In this document: positions 13,584 to 24,803 of the stretch, one piece after another
Numbering within the stretch: the stretch's first letter is position 1
Layout: each line of letters starts with the position of its first letter
Assembly (NCBI GenBank): GCA_012295275.1
Contig: CM022670.1
Coordinates: 42,336,081 to 42,400,080, forward strand
Direction of reading: 5' to 3'
DNA: 64,000 bases
Origin: Chrysomallon squamiferum
Lineage: Eukaryota; Animalia; Mollusca
The notes under the pieces: model-generated
Databases searched by the model: none
What the model was told of the DNA's origin: nothing
The model's input: only the letters and a program-made list of their open reading frames with translations
Program-made: the position numbers and the translations under genes

Positions 13584-14740
13584 GGTGTCGGCCCGGGCAG
13601 TCGACAAATCTCTTTTGTTTAGTACCGGGACGTAGAATAATAAAAGTCCCGGGACGTAGACATATCTAACTGCTTTTTAAGTTCTGCGCTGCAGTTACGA
13701 GACGCCTTTTTTGTTAACAACGAGATGAGAACCCTGAAGTAGAATATTATGTGATTACTGTCCTGGGTAGAATTTGTAATTAGGCTTCCATTAACTGAGT
13801 AGGTACCTAAGTGTTTTTGTTTATTATTTATTTGTTCTTATTATGCTCAAAAATGTACCTGTTTCTTTCTCTTATACTGAGCAGGCGCTCATACATTGGT
13901 TCTTTTCCCGGTTTAATCTATATAAAGTTCTATATCAAAATGGAAAACTATTTCACGTTTAACATTATGGCAGCTGCACAAGTTAGAGTGACTTTTATCG
14001 ACACATTAATAGGCGGACGACATTTGTGTTACAATCAGCACAAATTTCGCATAAACAGAAAGTGTGGAGAGAAAATGTGGGTTTTTTTTTATGTTTGTGT
14101 GTGTGTGTGGGTGGGTGGTATGGGTGTGTGTATGTGGGTGTGTGTATGTGTGTGTGAGAGACAATGGAGGCATTCAAGATGAATTCCATTTTGCATCAAA
14201 ATGTTTATTTTATAATGATATCATATTTAAAGAAATATTTGTATACAAGACCATCTACTTTTAACATAATCAATCTTTTGTCTTCAAAAAATAAAAAATA
14301 AAACCTTTAAGGAATCTTGATAAATATGTAATTTAATTTGTAACTACATATATAAAACAACTATATGTTAATATTTTTATTATCTTAATTCTTACGTTTA
14401 ATTTTTTTTATTCCTGTGTTTGTATACAGTAACCTATTACACAACTGTTTCTGTTTTATAACTGTATTCTTGTCTGTCTTGTGTTTATAGTCATGTTGAC
14501 TTTGGCAAATAAATAAACTGAACAGAAACTGAACAGAAATAGTAGAAATAGTAGCAATAGCTGCGGTACAGTATCATCTCGTTCTTACTTTTTCACTGCG
14601 CAAACCGTCAACCAGGTAAAATGGCAATTAAAATTCCAGGGACATCGACAGATCCTCACTGGTACATTTCAGCTTGTCCCGATAAGTAGACACAATTTTA
14701 AGATCATCTACAGAAGTTGTCGACTTCGCGGGCCATAACC
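13584..14740 (+). mobile_element. Mutator-like (MULE) remnant with FLYWCH-like 5' fragment
   Basis: Imperfect TIRs GGTGTCGGCCCGGGCAGTCGACAA / TTGTCGACTTCGCGGGCCATAACC; TSD TTTTTAGA (13576-13583, 14741-14748); peptide from ATG 13967 TFIDTLIGGRHLCYNQHKFRINRKCGEKMW resembles the start of a FLYWCH zinc finger. Confidence 0.72.
14160..14540 (+). mobile_element. 3' fragment of a non-LTR retrotransposon nested in the MULE remnant
   Basis: Peptide IQDEFHFASKCLFYNDI resembles the C-terminal EDEFHF..C..Y motif of invertebrate LINE ORF2; ends in AATAAA plus a short repeated tail (AAACTGAACAG x2). Confidence 0.5.
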
Positions 14741-15732
14741 TTTTTAGATGGCACGATAAGCAGCTCCGCCCATAAACCTGAAGTTACAGAATTCGGATAA
14801 ACACAGCCTGTGTGTCGTAGTATAAGACGCCATTTGTAGCTTTTAGACATTTTAAGTAATAAAACTTTGAGATATAATGAATTAGCATTTATCTAACATT
14901 TATTCGTATCAGGAGTTTAAAGAGCGGCGAATTTTCCATTGTTTGCCCTATTTGAATTAAATTTTAATATCGTATCTTGTAGTTGCATAAAATAATTTAG
15001 TTCGATATATCTCTCAAATATCAAACAAAAGTTTGAAATAAGAATTAGTCCGTGAGATAACCTTTTTCTCTGTTATGACCCGGAAGAGTATGCATAGTTA
15101 TTACCGTCACCTTCCTTTCTAACAAACTTATATTACAACGCGAAAAATTAAACAAAAGGAAAAAAAAGGAGATGACTAACAACAAACACAACAAACAATA
15201 TCTGGTGAGTTGTCGTTTCAATTGTAAATCGTTAAGTACACCGGGTAATGAACGTATTGAAATTTAGGTAAAAAATATTGTATCATTCAATTGTCACACT
15301 TATTCTTTACTTTAAAGTAGGTTATTACCTTGAAAATATACCTTTTAAAAAATGATTGCCGTTTGACTAAGCTAAGCTTATTCGGGACTTTAAATCATAT
15401 ACAAGTTATAAATTACAAATTTCTCTTCTAGTCAGCCAAATTTTATACAAATATTTTGAGTAGCAGGTACATAATTGTGGGTACCAAAACGTGGGGTGTT
15501 TTCCGCCAATATGGCGGCCTTAGTGATTGCTGTTGCTGTCGATGTCTGAAAAGTTCGATGTTTCCTTTATTTTGTTTGACTTAGAAATTATGAGGCAAAA
15601 CAATTCCATCATGAGGTGTTGATTACAAAGACGGTTCTTAGCAAGTTAATCTTTTACGATTTTTTTTGTTCTAATTAATTCATTCATAAGAATTAACGCA
15701 AATTAATTAACTGATAAAATAATAATAATGAT

Positions 15733-15765
<33 letters not shown>

Positions 15766-15788
15766 AGTAATAACAATACCAATAATAA

Positions 15789-15824
<36 letters not shown>

Positions 15825-16740
15825 TAAAAATGAATATTAGCAAAATGATTGAACAAGTAAAGGCGTCTACAATTATAACCAGTCTTATAAAATGATTTTT
15901 GTTTTATTTTTATTTTATTTATTTATTTTTATTTTTTCTGGTTTGATTTCAATTCAGCTTTTGCTATTTACATAATTAAGGTGTAAGGTACATTTAAGCT
16001 AATTAATGCAACTAATTAATTCATTAAAATTTAGGTATGTTATCAACATGCTTAAAAATACTTAAAGCTTCTTTTTGATATATAATACATGTATTGGTTT
16101 GAATCTATAAAAGATATTCAGTATTTATGTAACCAAACTGAGGAAAGCAATCACAGCTTCTCCATAAATTCTGATGGAAAAATACGGGCAAATTGTATTT
16201 AGATAAAAATTCGTAATTTTTTTCATAACAACGCTACCAAAGATATCGTTTTAATCTACTTTATTTATTTATTTATTTATTTTTTTGCTGTTTCTAATAA
16301 TATATAATTTTATAGAAAAATGTTATTTTTGAAAATTTGTCACGTATCTCAAATTTAGATTAATTAATTACTTTATTTATAGAACATAAATGTTATCGTC
16401 AAGAAAGAATATAACATAAAAAAAAAAAACACCAACGACAAAACGATAACTGATAATTCTAGTGATAGTTAATTATATCTAAAATGAAAAAAAGAAAGAA
16501 GTAAGGCTGGGTCTGTATGCGTGGGTACTTTCACAATAACAGTAACACTGATCACTGAACTTGTTACTGTTGTTCTTCTTCCTATTACTGTTTTTATTAC
16601 TGTTATTGCTGTTGATGTTGTTATTGTTCTTCTTGTCATTATTATTTTTAGTGTTGTAATGATTACTTTTCTGCTTGTTATTGTTGTTGTTGTTACTTTT
16701 ATTTCAGAAAGATGACTGATGCTGTATAAATAAGTGTAAA

Positions 16741-17670
16741 ATGGGTGTTATTTTTTCCTGGTTCGGACAACATTCAGAAGAAAGAGCAGATCCTGACGGT
16801 TCCTCGGAAAAACATCTTTATAAAAACACTCGTGAATCTAGCGTTGATCGCGAGGATATTCCAGTAACACAACCGTCCCGCAATCAAAGAATCAGCCATG
16901 AAGATGAAGATTCTGACGAGGGTGATACCTCTATGCCTAGTTATGACAGTCAAGGAGTACCAGCAGACGACACTGCAGAACCTGAGTATAGAATGTACAA
17001 TCAACAAAATGATGAAGGTATAAACTGTTTTTTGAATGTCATTTATTTGTATGTGTGTGTCTGTGTGTGTGTTGTATGTATGCATGTATGTATCTATGTT
17101 TTATATGTTTTATATATATATGTATGTGTGTGTGTATGTATGTATGTATGTAATGTATGTACGACTGTACATCTGTCTGCGTGTGTATTATTAATTAATT
17201 ATGTTATTGTTTTTTTTAAATTGTTTTCAGGACGGTACGATGTTGCAATTGTTTGTCATTATGATTATGAGGAGAAGGCTCGTGAATTCAAAGGTCGACT
17301 TCAAACATTATTTCAGGGAAATCTCAGAATCGGGTTGTTCAGCGAGATAGCCATCGCTGGAAAAACCGAAATAGCCAATCTAGATGTATTGGTTAGTAAT
17401 GTTCCTTGCATACTTTTAATGATCGAAGATAAATTTGTTTCTGATCCTCAATCGATGTTTTCATCCGATACAGCCATATCTGCCTCAGCATTCTTGGATT
17501 TAATACCGAGGAAAGATTATGTTATACCTGTATTTACGAAAGAAAAATCAAAGATTGCTGGAATTACGCCAGCGATAGCCAACTTGAAGGGAATCAACTA
17601 CTACGATGAAGACTGGAGTGAAGTGGTGAAGAATACATTTCAAAGAGAGATAAACCGGTGTGTTAACTAA
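16741..17670 (+). CDS. TIR-domain-only adaptor, TICAM2/TRAM-like, copy 2 (238 aa spliced)
   Basis: Exons 16741-17017 and 17231-17670; same intron position as copy 1. TIR pattern YDVAIVCH...AGKTEIANLDVLV...CILLMIEDKFVSDPQSMF...YVIPVF. Confidence 0.8.
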   Translation: MGVIFSWFGQHSEERADPDGSSEKHLYKNTRESSVDREDIPVTQPSRNQRISHEDEDSDEGDTSMPSYDSQGVPADDTAEPEYRMYNQQNDEGINCFLNVIYLYVCVCVCVVCMHVCIYVLYVLYIYVCVCVCMYVCNVCTTVHLSACVLLINYVIVFFKLFSGRYDVAIVCHYDYEEKAREFKGRLQTLFQGNLRIGLFSEIAIAGKTEIANLDVLVSNVPCILLMIEDKFVSDPQSMFSSDTAISASAFLDLIPRKDYVIPVFTKEKSKIAGITPAIANLKGINYYDEDWSEVVKNTFQREINRCVN

Positions 17671-20169
17671 ACTTAAAAAATTATCGCAGGAATTATGCGA
17701 TGAAAAACTCCATACAGAGGGGAAAATGGGGAAAAAAGAGAAAAGAATAAATAAATAAAAAAGTTAAAAGAAAGAAAAAGAGATTTAATAAATAAAAAAT
17801 AGATCTTTTTATGGAATATATTATTAATTATCTGTATAATTTCTTTGTAATTAAGCATCGTTCATGTTGATATTTTCTAGTATGCTGTAATATGCATGTC
17901 ATAAATAACAAATAAATATATATCTCTTGAAAGAAATGATTTCTGTTTCTCTTTGTTTCTTCGTTCAGAGAGTGAAGTTACAACTTTAAGCCTTAATCAA
18001 TAAATTATTGAAGATTTGTTTAAACTTTAATAAATATCATTTAAGTTTAATCCATTTATCTGCAATTATTGGGAGAGTATACGAAAAAAAGTTGCCGAGC
18101 ATTGGTAAATACATTTGTATATATTAATATTCGTCTGAAGAATAAACGAAATAATAATAATAAAAAAAATAATTATCGTTAACTAATAATAGTTGTTACT
18201 TTAAGTACACATGTTTTTCCTTTTCTTATTGAAAATATTACCGGCTGCCTCACTTATCTGCAGCTCAAGGGCCTATGGAATTTTATTCCGTTTACATTTT
18301 TGTTTTGTTTCTGTTTTGTCAAGCAAACGAACGAACGAACGAACGAACAAATAAACAAACAAAATAATAATTGAAAAATTGTAATCCTGACACTGGTTAA
18401 TGAAAAAATATATATATGTTTTCTGATACTTACTTTTTTTATACAGTTTTCTTTCATCAGGTGTTTAAAAATTTATAATTCTGTACAAAAAGAAAAAAAG
18501 AAGGAAAAATGAACAAAATTAGCAGAGCAACAGCTAAAAAAAAACCAAAAAAAAAAAAAAACAAGCAAGAAACAAAAAATGCAAGCATGTATATAACACT
18601 ACATAATTATGTGCGGGTGTGCGTGCGTGCGCATGAGAAAAACGTTTAATATAAATTTTGAATTTCAGGCAAATCCAGTCAGTCGTTATGAAGAAAACAA
18701 ACTGTTACATAGAGAAAGGTTTGTTTAAAGAGACAGATAAAATAGTTATATCGCAGCTGTGTTGTATCAACTTTACGCAGCGCAGTATTGTAACATGGTT
18801 TTAGCTGTATTGCTGCAGCCATAGAAAATAAATAAATATGTAAGGATAGTTACAGAATATCAGATTTGAAGATGAAGGTGAGAATATCAAGCCAACTAAT
18901 GTGTCTTTCTTTACACGAGTCTAATAAATTATAGAAAGCCCCAACCTATACTGTTTATTTTAGATCAACGTGTCTTTAGGAAATGTAGCAAGATATATGG
19001 TATTGAGCATGCTCGCACCTCCATCTCATTAACTCGAGTTATTATTACCGTTGTTGTTGATGCTGGTCTCTTCGTTCGTTTTTTGTAGCGCTGCAGCTTT
19101 GTGAGGCTAGTTATAATAACGTTAATGGTTTATAAATTTCTATAATGTGGGAAACAATATTTGTTAAATAAAGTGCTTGCGACATTTATGTCTTAGAAAC
19201 GTAATTATTTTTGGAAAATATAAAATAAAGTTGTATTTGGTTTCTTATGTTTCGGACGCTACTATTTGAAAACTTTGAAAGTTTGCGCCTCATATTCGAA
19301 GCTTCACTCCATTACAGTGGCCTGTTTAAAAACAACGTCAGACATCCTTACAGTCATTATATTGTAACATTTTATAAATTTTTGTCACACGTGATTAACT
19401 AGAAAACCATTTGGAATTATATTTCCATCCTGAGTTGTCTGTATAACATCAATAGTTCTGGATATTTCTACATTTTTGCTATATATTTAATGGGATTATC
19501 TCCCTTACAAAATCTTTACGAACGGAGTAAGGAAAAAATAACTTTTATTATTATTATTTTTTCAATTTAATGGCGAATTTGGTTGGGGTTTGCTTAGTGA
19601 TCTTGAATACTCCATGACTTTTTGAATGGCTAAGTAGATTTATTCTGGTGTATATCTGATTATGTTGTCTTATTGATATCTGATATCGACCTGATGCAAT
19701 GTCACGATGCTGAAAATACCACAGAGGACTGTTTAGAGTTGACGTCACGTGTAATTACTTCTCTAATTTGACAAAACTGAAAAATTAGAACTAAGTTTTT
19801 GCCACTTTTCATTGAAGTAATTAATAAACATCAGTCCGCTAAGAGAAAGTATTTTATTAATGCTATTATAATTTAATTTCACAACTGTAAATAAAATATA
19901 ATAGTAGTTAAAGCAGTTTGAATAAATACTAATCGACTTGGATTTTATTTTGATTGTAACGTAAGTAAATTACTAAATAAGATTATAAAATTATTTTATT
20001 TTTGTTTGCATCATTAACATGATTACGTTTCATCACGTAACTTTGTAACCAAAGCCAAAATAGAATTTGTTATAACATTTATAGAATTTGTTCTCAAAAG
20101 GTTCTTGTAGTACATTAATAAATTGCAGCTATTGATAATTCAGTAAAAGTCTTGCTTTTTTCAGATACC

Positions 20170-23100
20170 ATGGCAACAGGAGCTTTGTGTTCAGTGGTAG
20201 ATCAAGGTGTGCATGAGACAATTCTTAGCAGCAAAGAAAATGTAATTTCATGTGAGCAAGCTGAATCAACTGCAGATGATCCTGTCATTGACATTGTCAT
20301 TAATAATGTCGTCTCTACATTTAGTACTCGCTGTCACCTGAACTTGAAACAGATTGCCATGACTGGTGCCCATGTTGAATATCGGAGAGAACAGGGTGTA
20401 AGTATGATGTACATGTTGTATATCAAAGAGAATAAGGTGTAAGTATGATGCACATGTTGAATATCAGAGAACAGGTTGTAAGTATGATGTACATGTTGAA
20501 TGTCAGCGAGAATAGGGTGTAAGTATGATGTACATGTTGAATATCAGAGAGAATAGGGTGTAAGTATGATGTACATGTTGAATATCAGAGAAAAGGGTGT
20601 AAGTATGATGTACATGTTGAATGTTGGAGAGAACAGGGTGTAAGTATGATGTACATGTTGAATATCAGAGAATAGGGTGTAAGTATGATGTACATGTTGA
20701 ATGTTGGAGAGAACAGGGTGTAAATATGATGTACATGTTGAATATCAGAGAACAGGGTGTAAGTATGATGTACATGTTGAATATCAGAGAACAGGTTGTA
20801 AGTATGATGTACATGTTGAATGTCAGCGAGAATAGGGTGTAAGTATGATGTACATGTTGAATATCAGAGAGAATAGGGTGTAAGTATGATGTACATGTTG
20901 AATATCAGAGAGAATAGGGTGTAAGTATGATGTACATGTTGAATGTTGGAGAGAACAGGTTGTAAGTATGATGTACATGTTGAATATCAGAGAACAGGGT
21001 GTAAGTATGATATACATGTTGAATATCAGAGAGAACATGTATCATGTACATTTTAAATGTAGGAGAGAACAGGTGTAAGTATGATGCACATGTTGAATAT
21101 CAGAGAGAACAGGGTGTAAGTATGATGTACATGTTGAATGTTGGAGAGAACAGGGTGTAAGTATGATGTACCTGTTGAATATCAGGGGAAGAGTGTGTAA
21201 GTATATAGTTATCACATGACACTGGAAAGATAACTTTTCATACTACAGTAGAATTGTAGAGAAAAGTTTAAATGTGAATTATTTTACATGTTCTAATTAA
21301 ATAACAAAGTGCAAGTGAAATTGTTACAATACATTATAAAATACATTAACAGTGAAATGTCTGTTTTGAGTAAATGTTGAATTGTTTTAATTTCAGAAGT
21401 AGTAGTAGTTTATGGTATGTATTTTGATGTGTAAAACCTATTGTTAATCTTTGTCAGATGGTCAACATGAAACTTCGTCGACCTCAAGCAACTGCCAGTA
21501 TTTGGTCATCAGGCAAAATCACTTGTACAGGTTCGACCAGGTAATAAAATCTACAGTTTCATGTTCAACCATATCCTATGTATGCAAAGTAGACTGGACT
21601 AAAACATACATACAATGTTCAGTCTTGTAATAAAAATGTACATGCTCTGCAGAAATATGTATTAAAAAGATACAAATAGTATTCAACAGTCTAATGGAAA
21701 TGTACTATTCAACCATGTAATAAAAATACTCTTACAATATTCAACCATCTAATAACATTGTCTGTTTTATAAAAACATTCAGATTTGTCCCTGAAAAAGA
21801 AAGATTTTAAGTTTTTATGTAGTGAGTTTTTGTTTTCATTCACACAGTTGTTGATGTTTGTGTTGCAGTGAGGATGATGCTCATCGTGCAGCGCGGCGGT
21901 TTGCACGTCGGCTACAGAGAATGGGCTACAACGTGAGGTTCAGTAACTTCCGAGTTGTCAACGTTCTTGGTACATGCTCCATGCCATTTGGAATCAAAAT
22001 CACTCTCTTCTCCAGAGAACATAGACAGAATGCTAGGTATCAGCTTTCACACTTGTTTCAGACTTGCTTTATTATGTGAGATGTTCCATTTTGTATATTG
22101 CTTTTTTATTGTTTATTTACTGTTGTGCTGGATGTTTCAGTTATGAGCCTGAATTACATCCTGGTGTTACCTACAAAATAAAAGATCCAAAAGCAACACT
22201 GAAGATCTTTTCTACAGGAAGTATTACTGTTACAGGTGGGTAAATTTTATTTACTGATGTGCACAACCAATTTAACTTACTTACACTAATGTATAACTAG
22301 TTTATTTTTACTTACTTACACTGATATAACTTGTTTACTTTAACTTACACTGATATATAACTAATTTACTTTAACTTACTTACACTAAAGGAATAACTAG
22401 TTTATTTTTACTTACACTAAAGGAATAACTAGTTTATTTTTACTTACACTGATATATGACTAGTTTGCTTTTACTTATTTACATGGATATATGACTAATA
22501 TACTTTTACTTACTGACACTTGTATAGAAGTAGTTTACTTTTCTTAATTACATTGATATATAATCCCTTTACTTTAACTACTGACCCTGATATATAACTA
22601 GTTTTAATTACTGTCACTGTAACATAACTAGTTTTGCTTTCTGTCATTGATACATAACTAGATTTACTTTCTGTTACTAATACGTAACTAATTTTGCTTT
22701 CTGTCACTATACTGTAACTAGTTTTACTTCCTGTCACTATATTGTAACTAGTTTTACTTTCTGTTAACTAATATATAATTAGTTTTGTTTTCTGTCACTA
22801 ATACATAACTAGTTTTGTTTTCTATCATTGATACATAACTAGTTTTACTTTCTATCATTGATAGATAACTAGTTTTGCTTTCTATCATTGATACATAACT
22901 AGTTTTGCTTTCTATCATTGATACATAACTAGTTTTACTTTGTCACTGTAACATAACTAGTTTTACTTTCTATCATTGATACATAACTAATTTTACTTTG
23001 TCACTGTAACATAACTAGTTTTGCTTTCTATCATTGATACATAACTAATTTTACTTTGTCACTGTAACATAACTAGTTTTACTTTCTATCATTGATACAT

Positions 23101-24803
23101 AACTAATTTTACTTTGTCACTGTAACATAACTAGTTTTGCTTTCTATCATTGATACATAACTAGTTTTACTTTCTATCATTGATACATAACTAATTTTAC
23201 TTTGTCACTGTAACATAACTAGTTTTGTTTTCTATCATTGATACATAACTAGTTTTGTTTTCTATCATTGATACATAACTAGTTTTGTTTTCTATCATTG
23301 ATACATAACTAGATTTACTTTCTGTTACTAATACATAACTAATTTTACTTCCTTTCATTGATACATAACTAGTTTTAATTTCTGTCACTAATATGTTACT
23401 AGTTTGCTTTCTATCATTGATACATAACTAGTTTTACTTTGTATCATTGATACATAACTAGTTTTGCTTTCTGTCATTGATTCATAACTAGTTTTAATTT
23501 CTATCATTGATTCATAACTAGTTTTAATTTCTGTCACTGTAACATAACTAGTTTTACTTTCTATCATTGATACATAACTAGTTTTACTTTCTGTCATTAA
23601 TACGTAACTAGTTTTGCTTTATGTCACTAAAACAAAACTAGTTTTGCTTACTGATGTTTAACTAGGTTGTTTCTGCTTATTTACATATAATATATAACAA
23701 CTTTCCACACAAGTTTACATTCATTGGTCAAATGGTTGCAGAATACAGGTCATCAAAGAATCCCTGCATATAGAATTTTTCTGAGGTAGAACACTGTAAA
23801 TACCACAGTGAATCTCCTGAGTATAACCGAGGTAGATCTCTTAAAAACTGATGGATCCTAAGACATTTTTGTTTTTAGGAACAAGTTATTCAAACAGAGG
23901 TGCTCTGATTAACAAATTACGTCACTGTGATGTCATGTCTCTTGCAAAGTCTTTACCAGTAATTACACTTATTAGGCTAAAAGCTTGTTTGTGTTTTTTT
24001 AATTTTAATCACTAATTAACATCATCTTTATTGAGCACATGCACAAAAAAAATGTGTCTTAACACTCGTAATGCTGTCACTGTATTACAAAGTTTTACAT
24101 GCTATTCTGAATGTTGAATTGTTTTGTTGACGATAGCTATTGTAAAAATGTTAATGCATTCTGCTGGTTAATGCTAAGCAAATATGCCAGATTGTAGGAA
24201 GAATAAATATTTTCAAAATGTATAAGAATAATAAATATATAGTAATAATTAGACGTAATTGTTTATAATCTGATTTTAGTATATCAAGAATATTATGACT
24301 TGAAAACAAGATAAAAACTTACATTATATGATCAAAAGGTTATGTGCATTGTTTTTCAGCAAGTAAACACATCAGGAATATTTTTATTTACTGGACAGAT
24401 CAGACTTCTTTTTCATACCATCAAGAGTAATTTAATTTTTTATGTGAGAGCAGATAATGTTGGTCTATAAATATTATTTTATAATTCTAGAACATTAATC
24501 TCTTTTACTTATAAATATTTTTATTGTACTGTAATCATTAATTTTTATTTTAAGTTTCTTTGTTTTTGTTTTCTCACTCAAGCACCATCTGTAATGAATG
24601 TGCAGTCAGCCATTGAACACATTTATCCTTTAGTGTCACAATTCAAAGCAGAAAGCACTGTAGTTGCTGCCAGCACGTTGCTGACAGAGAAGAAGTATCT
24701 TCACAAAGACCTGTCACAGCCTGTCCACTTTGAGTCAGATGATGAAGAGTTTGGAACGGACTGTAGTGACGAAAGTTTCGACAGCGAGGAAAGTCATGAT
24801 TGA
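20170..24803 (+). CDS. TBPL1: TATA-box-binding protein-like 1 (TLF/TRF2)
   Basis: In-frame exons 20170-20397, 21458-21540, 21869-22036, 22141-22235, 24583-24803. Motifs IVINNVVSTFSTRCHLNLKQIA, ATASIWSSGKITCTG, FRVVNVLGTCSMPF, SYEPELHPGVTYKIKDPKATLKIFSTGSITVT; acidic C-terminal tail. Confidence 0.96.
20371..21205 (+). repeat. Minisatellite, 39-41-bp unit that contains the TBPL1 exon end and splice donor
   Basis: Unit CATGTTGAATATCAGAGAGAACAGGGT|GTAAGTATGATGTA, about 20 copies; the first copy overlaps coding sequence HVEYRREQG. Confidence 0.95.
22250..23660. repeat. Intronic minisatellite, ~28-30-bp unit (TATCATTGATACATAACTAGTTTTACTTTC)
   Basis: Over 40 copies starting just after the TBPL1 donor at 22236; degenerate edges and homogeneous core. 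Confidence 0.95.

Larger units (their letters stand above)
8494..18205 (+). repeat. Tandem segmental duplication: copy 1 ~8494-12690, copy 2 ~12700-18205
   Basis: Collinear matches: GAGCAGGCAGCAACACTGACC (8546/12761), near-identical 9575-11734 vs 14845-17017, and shared 3' flank GTAAATACATTTGTATATATTAATATTCGTC (12581/18105). Confidence 0.95.

Noticed and set aside
8494-18205. Duplication as a pure haplotype-assembly artefact
   Set aside because: TIR exons differ by about a third of residues and the copies have distinct TE insertions; a true paralog pair is more likely, though read depth should be checked.
19395-19435. AAACCAT motif suggesting U17/snR30 snoRNA
   Set aside because: The m1 motif does not precede it, and there is no supporting hairpin or ACA box.
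22510-23597. Repetitive minus-strand ORFs (ESKTSYVSMI)n
   Set aside because: By-product of a 30-bp intronic minisatellite; broken by 28-bp units and stops.
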